From an uncultured Peptococcaceae bacterium (GTDB lineage Bacteria > Bacillota > Dehalobacteriia > UBA4068 > UBA4997), in the NCBI GenBank assembly GCA_965149945.1, contig CBCTTQ010000007.1:1645-65644 (forward strand): 64,000 nt of DNA, written 5' to 3'. A program made the position numbers and the translations under genes. How positions within the stretch are numbered: the first letter of the stretch is position 1; each line of letters begins with the position of its first letter. Below the pieces are notes generated by a model. That model was not told the DNA's origin, made no database searches, and was given only the letters and a program-made list of their open reading frames with translations. Shown here piece after piece: positions 31,954 through 42,253 of the stretch.

Positions 31954-34092
31954 TTATTCCACAGTGTCAGATGAAGATACCACCGTCACTTTTGGTTTTC
32001 GCCCCCGCTTAGCCTTTTGGGCGTTGGCGTTGGTGGGACAATCTTTGTTGGGACAAATTTTCTTCGTTTCTCCGCTTCGCAGTTTTTTCTCCGTTAATTG
32101 TGTGCCGCATTCCGGACAAACCTCATCAATAGGAGGATTCCATGCCACATATTTACAAGTAGGATAATTGCTGCAGCCATAAAAAATCCTGCCGCCGCGG
32201 CTCTTTTTTTGAATGATATTACCACCGCAGGCTTTACATTTCACACCCGTTTCCACAACAATGGCTTTGGTATTGCGACATTCCGGAAACCCGGAACAAG
32301 CCAAAAACCGTCCGTACTTTCCTAAACGATATACCATAGGGCGACCACATTTCTCACAAACTTCATCGCTGACTTCCGGAGCAATTTCCACTTTTTCCAA
32401 ATTGGCTTCTGCTTTTGCTAAATCTTCAGAAAAAGGTCCGTAGAAAGCCGCGATAACCGCGCGCCATTCCAAAGAACCTTCCTCAATTTGGTCCAAAGAT
32501 TTTTCCATACGCGCTGTAAAGTCCACATCCATGATGTCTCCAAAACATTTGATGAGAATATCCACGATCACCTGTCCCAACTCCGTGGAATAGAAATGTT
32601 TTTCTTCCCGCACCACATAGCCGCGCGCCAAAATGGTATCGATGATAGGCGCATAGGTGCTGGGGCGACCAATCCCCTTTTCTTCCAGAGCCTTTACCAA
32701 CATGGCTTCTGTATAGCGAGCCGGGGGCTGGGTAAAATGCTGCTTCGGATTCAATCCCGCTAAAGGCAAAATCTGTCCTTCACTGACTTCCGGCAACATT
32801 CCCAAGCTTTCTTTTTCCTCGTCCTCATCTTTGCCTTCCATATATAATTGCATATATCCAGCAAACCTCAGCACAGACCCGGTTGCCCGAAACTGGTAGT
32901 CTCCGGCGCTGATGTCCACTCTGGTTTCATCCAAACGCGCAGACGCCATCTGGCTGGCGACAAATCGTTCCCAAATCAATTTATACAATTTATATTGCTG
33001 CGGCGTCAGAAACGGATTTACTTCTCTGGGGAGACGCCGCACATTACTGGGACGAATAGCCTCATGCGCGTCTTGGATTTTTCCTTTGCTCTTATAAATC
33101 CAAGGGGTAGACGGCACATATTCTTTGCCGTATTTTTCCTCAATATATTCTCTGGCGGCGGTCTGCGCTTCCGGAGAAACGCGAACCGAGTCGGTACGCA
33201 TATAAGTGATCAAACCGATGGTACCTTCTTTACCCAGTTCAATGCCTTCATAAAGCTGCTGCGCCAGCTGCATGGTTTTTTTGGTCGTAATATTATGCTT
33301 ACGATAAGCCTCCTGTTGTAGACTGCTGGTGGTAAAAGGCGCCACTGGATTACGTTTTTTCTCCCGTTTAGTCACCTTGTCCACCGTGTAAGCAGCGCCG
33401 TCCAGATCTGCCAAAATGACCTGCATTTCCGTTTCGTTGTGAATTTCCGCTTTTTTCCCGTGAATCCGCTGCAATTTCGTGGGCAGAATCCCTTTGCCCG
33501 TTTCTAAATTCGCCTCTAAGCTCCAGTATTCCACCGGCACAAAATTTTCAATTTCGTGATCCCTGTCACAAATCATCCGCACCGCCACCGACTGCACACG
33601 ACCGGCAGACAATCCTTTCTTTACCTTTGCCCAAAGCAACGGAGAAATTTTATACCCCACCAATCGATCTAAAACCCGCCGCGCCTGCTGGGCGTTCACT
33701 CGATTCATATCGATTTTCCGCGGGGACTTAATGGCTTTTTTCACTGTATCTTTGGTGATCTCATTAAATTCCACCCGGCACTTTTCTTTGATATTCGGCA
33801 AATACGTACACAAATGCCAAGCAATCACTTCCCCTTCTCGGTCAGGGTCGGAAGCCAGCAAAACATTATCACATTTTTTTGCTTCATCTTTTAATGCTTT
33901 GATAATACTGCCTTTGCCGCGGATTGTAATATATTTCGGTTCAAAATTGTTTTCAATGTTGATGCCCAATTCGCTTTTGGGTAAATCACGCACATGCCCC
34001 ATAGAAGGCTTTACCACATAATGATTACTCAAAAATTTACTGATCGCTTTCGCCTTTGTAGGCGACTCTACAACAACTAACGTTTTGCCCAT
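31954..34092 (-). CDS. topA: DNA topoisomerase I
   Basis: Toprim and topoisomerase IA domains with C-terminal zinc ribbons; start set at MGKTLVVVESP. Confidence 0.95.
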   Translation of the reverse strand: MGKTLVVVESPTKAKAISKFLSNHYVVKPSMGHVRDLPKSELGINIENNFEPKYITIRGKGSIIKALKDEAKKCDNVLLASDPDREGEVIAWHLCTYLPNIKEKCRVEFNEITKDTVKKAIKSPRKIDMNRVNAQQARRVLDRLVGYKISPLLWAKVKKGLSAGRVQSVAVRMICDRDHEIENFVPVEYWSLEANLETGKGILPTKLQRIHGKKAEIHNETEMQVILADLDGAAYTVDKVTKREKKRNPVAPFTTSSLQQEAYRKHNITTKKTMQLAQQLYEGIELGKEGTIGLITYMRTDSVRVSPEAQTAAREYIEEKYGKEYVPSTPWIYKSKGKIQDAHEAIRPSNVRRLPREVNPFLTPQQYKLYKLIWERFVASQMASARLDETRVDISAGDYQFRATGSVLRFAGYMQLYMEGKDEDEEKESLGMLPEVSEGQILPLAGLNPKQHFTQPPARYTEAMLVKALEEKGIGRPSTYAPIIDTILARGYVVREEKHFYSTELGQVIVDILIKCFGDIMDVDFTARMEKSLDQIEEGSLEWRAVIAAFYGPFSEDLAKAEANLEKVEIAPEVSDEVCEKCGRPMVYRLGKYGRFLACSGFPECRNTKAIVVETGVKCKACGGNIIQKKSRGGRIFYGCSNYPTCKYVAWNPPIDEVCPECGTQLTEKKLRSGETKKICPNKDCPTNANAQKAKRGRKPKVTVVSSSDTVE

Positions 34093-34100
34093 TTCACACC

Positions 34101-35210
34101 TCATTTATATTTTCTTACATAATATTGCCCATCCTGACGGGAAATATAATCACGTAATTCCATCAATGTCAACACAGGCGCCAACTCTACCGCATCCATA
34201 TTGAATTCCGCCGCGATTTCATTGAAATGACGAGCGGTTACCAAATAATCTAAAATTTTTCTTTCCAGCGCAGATGCTTCTTCCGCCCAATCCGCGAATA
34301 GCGCCTGCTGTGCATTTTGCGCGGCTGTCTCCGCAAAAAGTTCCGGATCACGGATCTCTGACAAAATATCCTCTGCACAGGTCACCAATTTCACCTGATC
34401 ATCTCGAATCAGCTTATGAGTACCTTGACTCAAAGGACTGAAAATCGGACCGGGAACAGCAAAAATCTCTTTGCCTTGTTCCAACCCGTCATTCACCGTA
34501 ATCTGCGTTCCGCTCTTTTTGGTGGCTTCCACTACCACAATGCCGTCGGAGAGACCGCTGACCAAACGATTCCGAATCACAAAATTACGCGGCAACGGCG
34601 CACAGCCCAAAGGAAACTCACTGAAAATGCAGCCGTTTTCCGCCACTTTCGCAAACAAATCCCGATTTTCCGGCGGATAGACTACATCAATGCCGCACCC
34701 AAGCACGCCGATGTTCTGACCACCTACCGACAAAGCGCCGCAATGACCGGCAGAATCAATACCCCGCGCTAAACCGCTGACAATCACCACCCCGCGCTCT
34801 GCTAACTGACTGCTGATATATTCTGTGGCCTGACGCCCGTAAGCTGTTGCCCGCCGAGAACCGATCATGGCAATATGCACACGATTTTCAGCAGGCAAGA
34901 TCCCTTTGTAATACAACAGATAAGGAGGATCATAAATATTTCGCAAACGCCGAGGATAGGAATCATCCGCCCATGTAACAAATTTAGCGCCGGACTTTAA
35001 AAAAGATTCATAAACCTGATGAATGTTCACACAGTGTTTTTCCCGCAACAAAGAAGTCAGTCCTTTTGGATCTAAATCCAGCACGACGCCCCACTCTTTT
35101 TCGTTTTTCCAACAATCTTCCGCATTACCGAAATATTCCATCAGTCGAGTCAATTTTTGGCCCAACAAGGCATAGATGCTGTGTAACGCCAACAAATATT
35201 CCAAAGACAA
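34101..35210 (-). CDS. dprA: DNA-processing protein DprA (Smf)
   Basis: 369 aa with the Rossmann-like DprA domain (GLARGIDSAGH). Confidence 0.9.
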   Translation of the reverse strand: MSLEYLLALHSIYALLGQKLTRLMEYFGNAEDCWKNEKEWGVVLDLDPKGLTSLLREKHCVNIHQVYESFLKSGAKFVTWADDSYPRRLRNIYDPPYLLYYKGILPAENRVHIAMIGSRRATAYGRQATEYISSQLAERGVVIVSGLARGIDSAGHCGALSVGGQNIGVLGCGIDVVYPPENRDLFAKVAENGCIFSEFPLGCAPLPRNFVIRNRLVSGLSDGIVVVEATKKSGTQITVNDGLEQGKEIFAVPGPIFSPLSQGTHKLIRDDQVKLVTCAEDILSEIRDPELFAETAAQNAQQALFADWAEEASALERKILDYLVTARHFNEIAAEFNMDAVELAPVLTLMELRDYISRQDGQYYVRKYK

Positions 35211-35257
35211 CTGTTTTCTCTCCCATCCGCATATAATCTTTTGTCAGGGCTACTCGC

Positions 35258-36472
35258 TTATTTAACACCTTTACTTCCTTTGGCGCCTCCATTGGCAAAT
35301 CCGGCCAGAATATTTGTATCAAAAGAGAAATTATGACTTTCTTTGATTCGCTGTCGTTTCAACGCCAGCTGAATCAATTCATCCATCAATTCCGTAAAAT
35401 TCATTCCCGTGGCTTCCCACAAATAAAAAGACAAAGAACCGGGAATGGTGTTGACTTCATTAACATAGATTTGGTTTTGATCCACATCTAAAATCATATC
35501 CACGCGACAAACACCGCTACCGTCCAAGGCGATGAAACTGCGTTTTGCTAAATCCCGCATCGCCGCGCTCATTTCTTCCGAAAGATCAGCGGGAATTTGC
35601 CGACGGCTGCCACTCATTCCTTTAGAGCCCTTAGCACCGCCGCTGCCTTTCGTTCCCTTAGAACCACCCATATATTTATCCGCATAAGTCAAAATTTCGC
35701 TGCTGGTAATGGGTTCCTCGCAGACAGAAGTTTTGGCTTTTCCATTACCGCCCAAAACAGAACAGTTGATCTCTCTCATATTGGTGACACAATGTTCCAC
35801 CAAAAGCCGACCGGTAAAAGTAGCCGCGTAATCCAACGCCGCCGCCAAACCATCACGGTCTTCCGCTTTGCTGATGCCTACACTGGAACCTAAATTGGCA
35901 GGTTTTACAATTACAGGATACCCCAATTTTCTTTCTGCTTCGTTCAAAGTTTCTTCCCGTTCAGAATACCATTCCTCCGCGGTAAAGAAAATACCGTCGA
36001 TAACCGGTACCCCCGCGCCGCGCAGCACAGCTTTCATCATAACTTTATCCATGCCCACCGCTGCGCCCAAAACACCGGGACCGGTATAGGGAATATTCAT
36101 CAATTCCAAAAGTCCCTGCAAACAACCGTCTTCTCCATGGGCGCCGTGCATCACAGGCACCATAACATCAATGGCAATTTCCTGTTCTTTGCCAAAAAAG
36201 CCTTTTTTGGGGATGATTAATTTATGTTCCCCGCGATTGGCGGTCATACTCACCTGCTGACATTGCTTCAGCAAATTTTCCAAAGCGGCGTAATTACTCA
36301 CTTCTTTCAAAGCTTCACCGGTATACCACAATCCCTTTTTGGTAATAAAAATGGGAACTACTTCGTATTTTTCCGTATCTAAAGCAGCCATTGCTTGACA
36401 AGCAGAAATAATGGCAATTTCATGTTCCACCGAAGGGCCGCCGAAAATGACTCCTAATCTGATTTTTTGCAT
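35258..36472 (-). CDS. ddl: D-alanine--D-alanine ligase with an unusual Gly/Lys-rich omega-loop insertion
   Basis: ATP-grasp Ddl: MQKIRLGVIFGGPSVEHEI...KY[MGGSKGTKGSGGAKGSKGMSGSRRQ]IPADL, plus a Gly/Lys-rich C-terminal tail; start set at MQKIRLG because GGAGAGGA sits 5 nt upstream. Confidence 0.85.
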   Translation of the reverse strand: MQKIRLGVIFGGPSVEHEIAIISACQAMAALDTEKYEVVPIFITKKGLWYTGEALKEVSNYAALENLLKQCQQVSMTANRGEHKLIIPKKGFFGKEQEIAIDVMVPVMHGAHGEDGCLQGLLELMNIPYTGPGVLGAAVGMDKVMMKAVLRGAGVPVIDGIFFTAEEWYSEREETLNEAERKLGYPVIVKPANLGSSVGISKAEDRDGLAAALDYAATFTGRLLVEHCVTNMREINCSVLGGNGKAKTSVCEEPITSSEILTYADKYMGGSKGTKGSGGAKGSKGMSGSRRQIPADLSEEMSAAMRDLAKRSFIALDGSGVCRVDMILDVDQNQIYVNEVNTIPGSLSFYLWEATGMNFTELMDELIQLALKRQRIKESHNFSFDTNILAGFANGGAKGSKGVK

Positions 36473-36496
36473 AATCGTCCTCTCCATCTCTCTTCA

Positions 36497-38092
36497 TTAT
36501 AAATAAGTATCGGGCAAATCGTTTTCAAACAAAACATAATCCCCTGCTTTTACCATAGAACGCATTTTTTTATTGGCATCAGCCAGATTTTCCGCGATAT
36601 AATAATTTTCCGCAGGCAGTTTTGCTTCTTGGATGCCGTCAATCAAGGGCTGACTGTGCTTTTTACCCACAATAATGACATAATCACATGATGCCGCACA
36701 TTTCATGGCAAAAGCCTTGTTTTGCGCGTATTCTTCCGCTCCCAGTTCTACCATACCGGGGGTAATGATAATCTTTCGACCGCCGGGCATTTTGGAGAGC
36801 ACCTCCAACGCCATGGCAGAACCTACCGGATTGGAATTAAACGCGTCATCAATAATAGTAAACTTCCCGGCATTTTTCAACACCAAGCGGTGCGGCACCG
36901 GAGGCACCGCCGCCACAGCACGAGCAATAGTGGACAAGTCCATTCCCAAATCCACCGCCACCGCTGTAGCTGCCAAGATGTTGTAAATATTGTGCTTCCC
37001 TAAAAGCTGCGTGCGCATCGCCACAGAAGCGCCCTCTTTGCTCCGCAGTATAAACCGCATTCCCTGTGCCGAGAAGCCGATTTCTTCAGCCCAGTAATCC
37101 ACCGCGGTTCCGTCTTTTGTTGTTTTTTCCAAACCATAAGTACGGAGTCTCGCCCGTACCCGCCCGATGTTTTTTCGAATTTGCTCGTCGTCTAAATTTA
37201 AAACCGCCAGCCCGTCTTCCGGCAAACTATCGATCAATTCAAATTTGGTTGCGGCAACCGTTTCAATATTGCCAAAAGTTTCCAAATGCTGTGGACCGAT
37301 AGCGGTTAAAATTCCGATTTTCGGCTGCACCAAATCACACAATTCTTTGATATCACCTTTTTGCCGAGCTCCCATTTCTGCCACAAACACTTCGTGAATG
37401 GGTTTCAAACTGTTACGAATTGTCAGCGTAATCCCCATGGGAGTATTATAACTGTCCGGTGTCACCAAAGTATGCTTTTCTTCGGAAAGAATCCGTCCTA
37501 AAATAAATTTACTGCTGGTTTTGCCGTAACTACCCGTAATCCCGATAGTCACTAAATGAGGCATCTCCCGAATAATACGCTTAGCGTCATTGATAAATCC
37601 TTGATTAATATGCGTTTCTACCGGACGCATAATTCCCGCGGCCAACCACTGAATAAACGGACAACAAAAAGCAAAGAGCCCTGTTAAAGCAATACCCCAG
37701 CGCTGACCGAAAATCAAACAAAGCCCGGCTGCCGCGCCCAAAATCAGCGTCAGAACCAAATCACAAGCATACAATCTCATCGCCCGTTTGGTAAAAACTA
37801 ACGCCTTTTTTTCCGGAGGCCGATGCCAAGAAAGATTCAATCCCGCAAACAGCACCATGGCAACCACCGGTACAACCAAACCGTCCGCCAACCAAGAAAG
37901 TACCAGTAAAATCACAAATACCAGCAAATCCCGTTTCAGCAGATTTTCCGAAAATCGTAACTTCAGCCAGCGCCAATATCGTTCCGGTCGATAGCTGTTT
38001 TGCTGCATCATATGCAGCTGCTGCACCAAACGCCGCGACAAATAAACCAGCCAAAGAGCAAAGGCTACAAGATAAAAGACCAATTCAAACAT
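36497..38092 (-). CDS. Mur-ligase family protein, MurF-like, with an N-terminal multi-pass membrane domain
   Basis: Residues 1-170 form about four hydrophobic helices. A Mur ligase central domain follows (VTIGITGSYGKTSSK P-loop), then a C-terminal domain. The gene sits immediately upstream of ddl (9-nt gap). Confidence 0.7.
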   Translation of the reverse strand: MFELVFYLVAFALWLVYLSRRLVQQLHMMQQNSYRPERYWRWLKLRFSENLLKRDLLVFVILLVLSWLADGLVVPVVAMVLFAGLNLSWHRPPEKKALVFTKRAMRLYACDLVLTLILGAAAGLCLIFGQRWGIALTGLFAFCCPFIQWLAAGIMRPVETHINQGFINDAKRIIREMPHLVTIGITGSYGKTSSKFILGRILSEEKHTLVTPDSYNTPMGITLTIRNSLKPIHEVFVAEMGARQKGDIKELCDLVQPKIGILTAIGPQHLETFGNIETVAATKFELIDSLPEDGLAVLNLDDEQIRKNIGRVRARLRTYGLEKTTKDGTAVDYWAEEIGFSAQGMRFILRSKEGASVAMRTQLLGKHNIYNILAATAVAVDLGMDLSTIARAVAAVPPVPHRLVLKNAGKFTIIDDAFNSNPVGSAMALEVLSKMPGGRKIIITPGMVELGAEEYAQNKAFAMKCAASCDYVIIVGKKHSQPLIDGIQEAKLPAENYYIAENLADANKKMRSMVKAGDYVLFENDLPDTYL

Positions 38093-38160
38093 TTCTTACC
38101 TCCGAACCACTTGATGTTGTCTTTTCGGTGATGGATTTTCCGACAGGAAAATCGCTGTAC

Positions 38161-38952
38161 TTACTCCGCGGTGGGGGTTTTCCCCATTTCCGGCTGCAAA
38201 AAACTGTCCACAACCGCCAAAAAATTGGGTAACTGTTCCAGATACGCATAATGAGCGCTGTTTTTTCGCACTACCAAACCGGCATCCCGCATCAGTTTTT
38301 CCATTATCTGTCCGTCTTCCAATGGTGTCGTCGTATCATTCTCGCCCCAATACAACAGAGTAGGAGCTTGAATCTTGGGCAACAATTCTTTTAAATCCTC
38401 GTTGACTACCTTCACAAAGGTGCCCCGCATTTCTTCAGAAGCCTGCTGGTAATCGGTACTACCCCGTTTTCCCCGCAGATTTGTCAAAAGTTCCTCTTTT
38501 CGTTTGCGCAGTCCCGGCAAACTCAACGCCTTCTTGGCAGCCTTGTAAGAATACACCTTGGCATAATAGTCCAATCCGCGTTTGGGCTTTAATCCGGCAC
38601 AACCAGTCAAAATCATTTTGTGAGGGATCTCTTCTGCCCCCAGACGCAAAGAAAGGCGTCCGCCGAAAGAATGAGCGATCAAAATAGGGCGCACGATATT
38701 TTCTCGGGCAAAAAACGCCTTCAGCATCTCCTTATATTCCACTGTGCTCCAGGCTTCTCGGGGTTCATCACTTTCTCCGTGTCCGGGCAAATCAAAATTA
38801 TACAGATGAAATCGCCCCTCTAAATGTTCCGCTACCGGACGCATTGTTTCGTGAGAACAGCCCCATCCATGGAGCAACACCACCGGCCAGCCCTGACCGG
38901 ATTCATAATATACAATCTGTAAGCCCTGATAAGGGAAGATTTTCTTTTCCAT
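38161..38952 (-). CDS. alpha/beta hydrolase fold protein
   Basis: HGWGCSHE and an AHSFGG nucleophile elbow. Confidence 0.8.
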   Translation of the reverse strand: MEKKIFPYQGLQIVYYESGQGWPVVLLHGWGCSHETMRPVAEHLEGRFHLYNFDLPGHGESDEPREAWSTVEYKEMLKAFFARENIVRPILIAHSFGGRLSLRLGAEEIPHKMILTGCAGLKPKRGLDYYAKVYSYKAAKKALSLPGLRKRKEELLTNLRGKRGSTDYQQASEEMRGTFVKVVNEDLKELLPKIQAPTLLYWGENDTTTPLEDGQIMEKLMRDAGLVVRKNSAHYAYLEQLPNFLAVVDSFLQPEMGKTPTAE

Positions 38953-39097
38953 AACTCGTTCCTTTCCGCCGCGATTTGCTTTATTTTCACGACAAACCGC
39001 TTATTTAGGAAAAATGATTACAACTACTACTATATAATATAATGTAGAAAAATACCAGACTTATTTTAAAGTTTTTCAAAAAAAATTTTTTTTACAT

Positions 39098-39145
39098 AAA
39101 AAATAGACGGCTTTAACAGGTGCTTCTCGCCGTCTATTTATTTCT
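39098..39145. terminator. bidirectional rho-independent terminator
   Basis: tagacggc...gccgtcta hairpin flanked by an A-run and a T-run. Confidence 0.6.
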
Positions 39146-39169
39146 ACTTTTTTACTGTCGACCAATCCG

Positions 39170-40597
39170 CTATTGTGCTTCAGACGATTCTGTCGCGGTA
39201 TTTTCAGATAAACCGTCCATTCCGTTTAAATGCGCCTGCCAAAGCAGTTCCCCTACAGAAACCACTTGGTAACCTTGTTCATTCAACCAAGACAAAATTT
39301 CCGGCAACACTTTCAAATCCACTTTTTTGCCTTCATGCATCAGGATAATCTGACCATCTCCGGCATGAGCCTTGACATTATTAATAATCGTATTGGGATC
39401 GCTCACCTTCCAATCTAATGTATCGATGTCCCACATACAGGAAATCATTCCGTATTCTTGATTAAGGGATTTCACTGTATCGTTAATGTTACCATAGGGA
39501 CAGCGCATCAAATACGGGCGATAACCAACCATTTCCTTAAAGGAAGAAGAAGATTTTTCTAAATCATCCCGAATAATCTCAGCGCTGGTTCGGTTGAGAT
39601 TTTTGTGATTCCAAGTATGGGTTGCCAGTTCATTACCGCTTTCCACGATTTTCTGAACCGAATCGGGATCATTTTTCATATTCGCTCCCAACATATAAAA
39701 TGTCGCCGTGGCATTATGTTCTTTCAGGATTTTCAAATATTCATCAATGGTGCTGGCGCTGGGACCATCATCAAAGGAAAGGGCGATATATTTTTTACCG
39801 GTAGGAGCACTGAACACACTGCCCCGTTTTATATAATTTGGCTGCAAGGTTCCTTTTGCTACCTTCAACAAATAGGCATGCTTTTCCAAATTTTCTTTTC
39901 CGCCGATTCCCTTTACCAGCGCGTCATATTCAGAACGAGGAACCATTACCTTTTCCCCGCTGCCATTGAGCACATCTTCACCTACATAAACTTTTTCTCG
40001 CCAAAAATCTTCATTGTAAACAGCCATGGTCCCTTCCGCCGCAACAGCAGTCTCCGGGGCATCGTTTCCCAAAGAGCGCACCAGCCAAACGGCCAAAAAG
40101 ACCACTGTCAAAACAAGCAACAACAAAATCAGACAAGGCAGTATTTTTAAACGACGACGGCGATGTTTCGAACGCGGGGAACGAATCCCACTGTTTTTCG
40201 CAGTCCGCAAGTTGTTTCGAGAAACGCTCCGAGAAACTGTTCGACGGCTGCTCATCGGCTTCGGAACAGCCGTTTGAGTTTCCCAAAAAGAAGCGCTGAA
40301 AGACTTCGTTTCCGTTTTGTTTCGATCCGCGGCAAACTCGCCAGATCCATTTTGTTTCGCGCTATGTTCCTCGCCAAAAACACTGTATCGTTGATGTACC
40401 GGTCGAGCGGCAGAGGAATCGTAATTTTTTTCTTCATTTCTCAGCTTCGTGGAAAAAGAAGGAAACTGAGAATCTTTGCGCGGCCCAACCGATCGCGTCT
40501 CGTGAAAATTTTCCGTTTCCCGCATTCTGCCTCTTAAGTTTCTTTCCGGTTTCAACTTCTCCTGTTGAATATTATTTTTGCGTCTATTTCCAAACAT
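39170..40597 (-). CDS. polysaccharide deacetylase (NodB-domain) with a long basic disordered N-terminal region and a single TM
   Basis: C-terminal NodB motifs (ALSFDDGP, HTWNH, LMHE). The N-terminal ~150 aa are Arg/Ser-rich low complexity, followed by a TM helix; the start is uncertain (Met at aa 25 has the better RBS). Confidence 0.8.
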   Translation of the reverse strand: MFGNRRKNNIQQEKLKPERNLRGRMRETENFHETRSVGPRKDSQFPSFSTKLRNEEKNYDSSAARPVHQRYSVFGEEHSAKQNGSGEFAADRNKTETKSFSASFWETQTAVPKPMSSRRTVSRSVSRNNLRTAKNSGIRSPRSKHRRRRLKILPCLILLLLVLTVVFLAVWLVRSLGNDAPETAVAAEGTMAVYNEDFWREKVYVGEDVLNGSGEKVMVPRSEYDALVKGIGGKENLEKHAYLLKVAKGTLQPNYIKRGSVFSAPTGKKYIALSFDDGPSASTIDEYLKILKEHNATATFYMLGANMKNDPDSVQKIVESGNELATHTWNHKNLNRTSAEIIRDDLEKSSSSFKEMVGYRPYLMRCPYGNINDTVKSLNQEYGMISCMWDIDTLDWKVSDPNTIINNVKAHAGDGQIILMHEGKKVDLKVLPEILSWLNEQGYQVVSVGELLWQAHLNGMDGLSENTATESSEAQ

Positions 40598-40717
40598 TTT
40601 CCAAACCCCATTTTCTCTCTTTCCGTTTTATCCCATAGATCTCCCAAAGAGATAAATTTCACTAACACAATACACTTTTTTATTACTATTATTCCTATCT
40701 TCGACCTATAAATCAGA

Positions 40718-42253
40718 TTACTGAGAGTTTTTCGCTTCGAACCGATATTGCAATGCTTCCGCTACATGGTTTATTTTAATTTCATCAGAATTTGCCAAGT
40801 CCGCAATGGTACGCGCCACCTTCAAAATTTTATCATGAGAGCGGGCGCTTAAATGCAGGCGGACAAAAGCGCTGCGCAACAAAGCATCCGCGTCTTCCGC
40901 TAAACCACAAAACAATTGCATCTGATGACGGTTCATATTGGCGTTACAAAAAACACCTCCTTCCTTTAACCGTTTTTCTTGTATGATTCTGGCACGAATC
41001 ACCCGTTTTCGAATTTCCGCGGAAGAATCCCCCGCCCTTTGATTATGCATTTCGTCGTAATTGACCCGTTGTACATTCACCACCATATCAATTCGATCCA
41101 ACAAAGGACCGGAAATTTTCGCCCGGTACCGCTCAATTTGATGAGGCGTGCAGTTACAGGGACGATAAGGATCTCCTAAATAGCCGCAGGGGCAGGGATT
41201 CATGGCGGCAATCAGCTGAAAAGAAGCGCCGTACTCCATCTTGCCTTGCACACGAGAAATCGTAACAACCTTATCTTCCAATGGCTGGCGCAGCGCTTCC
41301 AGTACGTTACGCGGATATTCCGGCAATTCATCCAAAAAGAGAATACCATGATGCGCCAAACTTACCTCTCCGGGAGCCGGAATCCGTCCTCCGCCGATAA
41401 TCGAAGCGGCAGACGCCGTATGATGAGGCGCCCGAAAGGGTCGTTCTTTCACCAAAGCAACCCCCGCGGGCAATTCTCCCGCCACACTGTAAATACGTGT
41501 AGTCTCCAAACTTTCTTCCAGAGTCATCAGCGGCAAAATAGTGTTCATCCTCCTGGCCAGCATCGTCTTACCACTGCCGGGAGAACCGATCATCAAGAGA
41601 TTATGTCCGCCGGCCGCCGCGATTTCCATTGCCCTCTTAACAGCCTCCTGGCCTTTGACATCTGCCAGATCCAATTGGTACTCTGTTTTGGTCTGAGAAA
41701 AAATTTCTTCTATATTAATCTCCGTTTTCGGCAAATGTTCTTCACCATTCCACCAACGTACCAATTGCGCAATACTGTCAATACCGTATACTTCGCCTAT
41801 TCCCGGCAAGGCGGCTTCTTTAGCGTTGGCGGCGGGCAATACAAAAGAACGCAATCCGAATTCCTTCAAAGCCGCCGCCATGGGCAATGCGCCTTTGACC
41901 CTGCGCGCCGTTCCATCCAAGGACAATTCACCTACCAACATCGCCTGCGTAGACAAAAAGTTTTCCCGCAATTGCCCGGTAGCCAATAAAATTCCCACCG
42001 CGATGGGCAAATCAAAGGTGGCGCCTTCTTTTTTCAAATCAGCCGGCGCCAAATTAACCGTAATTCGCTTCAGAGGAAATTCATAACCTGAATTTTTGAT
42101 AGCTGTACGCACGCGTTCTCGGCTTTCCCTCACAGAAGTATCGGGCAGCCCGACAATATCAAAAGCCGGCATACCGTTACTCACATCGACTTCCACTTTT
42201 ACGGCAAAAGCATCCATACCCACTACAGCGCAACTGTTTACAATTGCTAACAT
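40718..42253 (-). CDS. comM: YifB/ComM family Mg-chelatase-like ATPase
   Basis: 511 aa with an N-terminal Lon-like domain and an AAA+ core (GSPGSGKT). Confidence 0.9.
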   Translation of the reverse strand: MLAIVNSCAVVGMDAFAVKVEVDVSNGMPAFDIVGLPDTSVRESRERVRTAIKNSGYEFPLKRITVNLAPADLKKEGATFDLPIAVGILLATGQLRENFLSTQAMLVGELSLDGTARRVKGALPMAAALKEFGLRSFVLPAANAKEAALPGIGEVYGIDSIAQLVRWWNGEEHLPKTEINIEEIFSQTKTEYQLDLADVKGQEAVKRAMEIAAAGGHNLLMIGSPGSGKTMLARRMNTILPLMTLEESLETTRIYSVAGELPAGVALVKERPFRAPHHTASAASIIGGGRIPAPGEVSLAHHGILFLDELPEYPRNVLEALRQPLEDKVVTISRVQGKMEYGASFQLIAAMNPCPCGYLGDPYRPCNCTPHQIERYRAKISGPLLDRIDMVVNVQRVNYDEMHNQRAGDSSAEIRKRVIRARIIQEKRLKEGGVFCNANMNRHQMQLFCGLAEDADALLRSAFVRLHLSARSHDKILKVARTIADLANSDEIKINHVAEALQYRFEAKNSQ

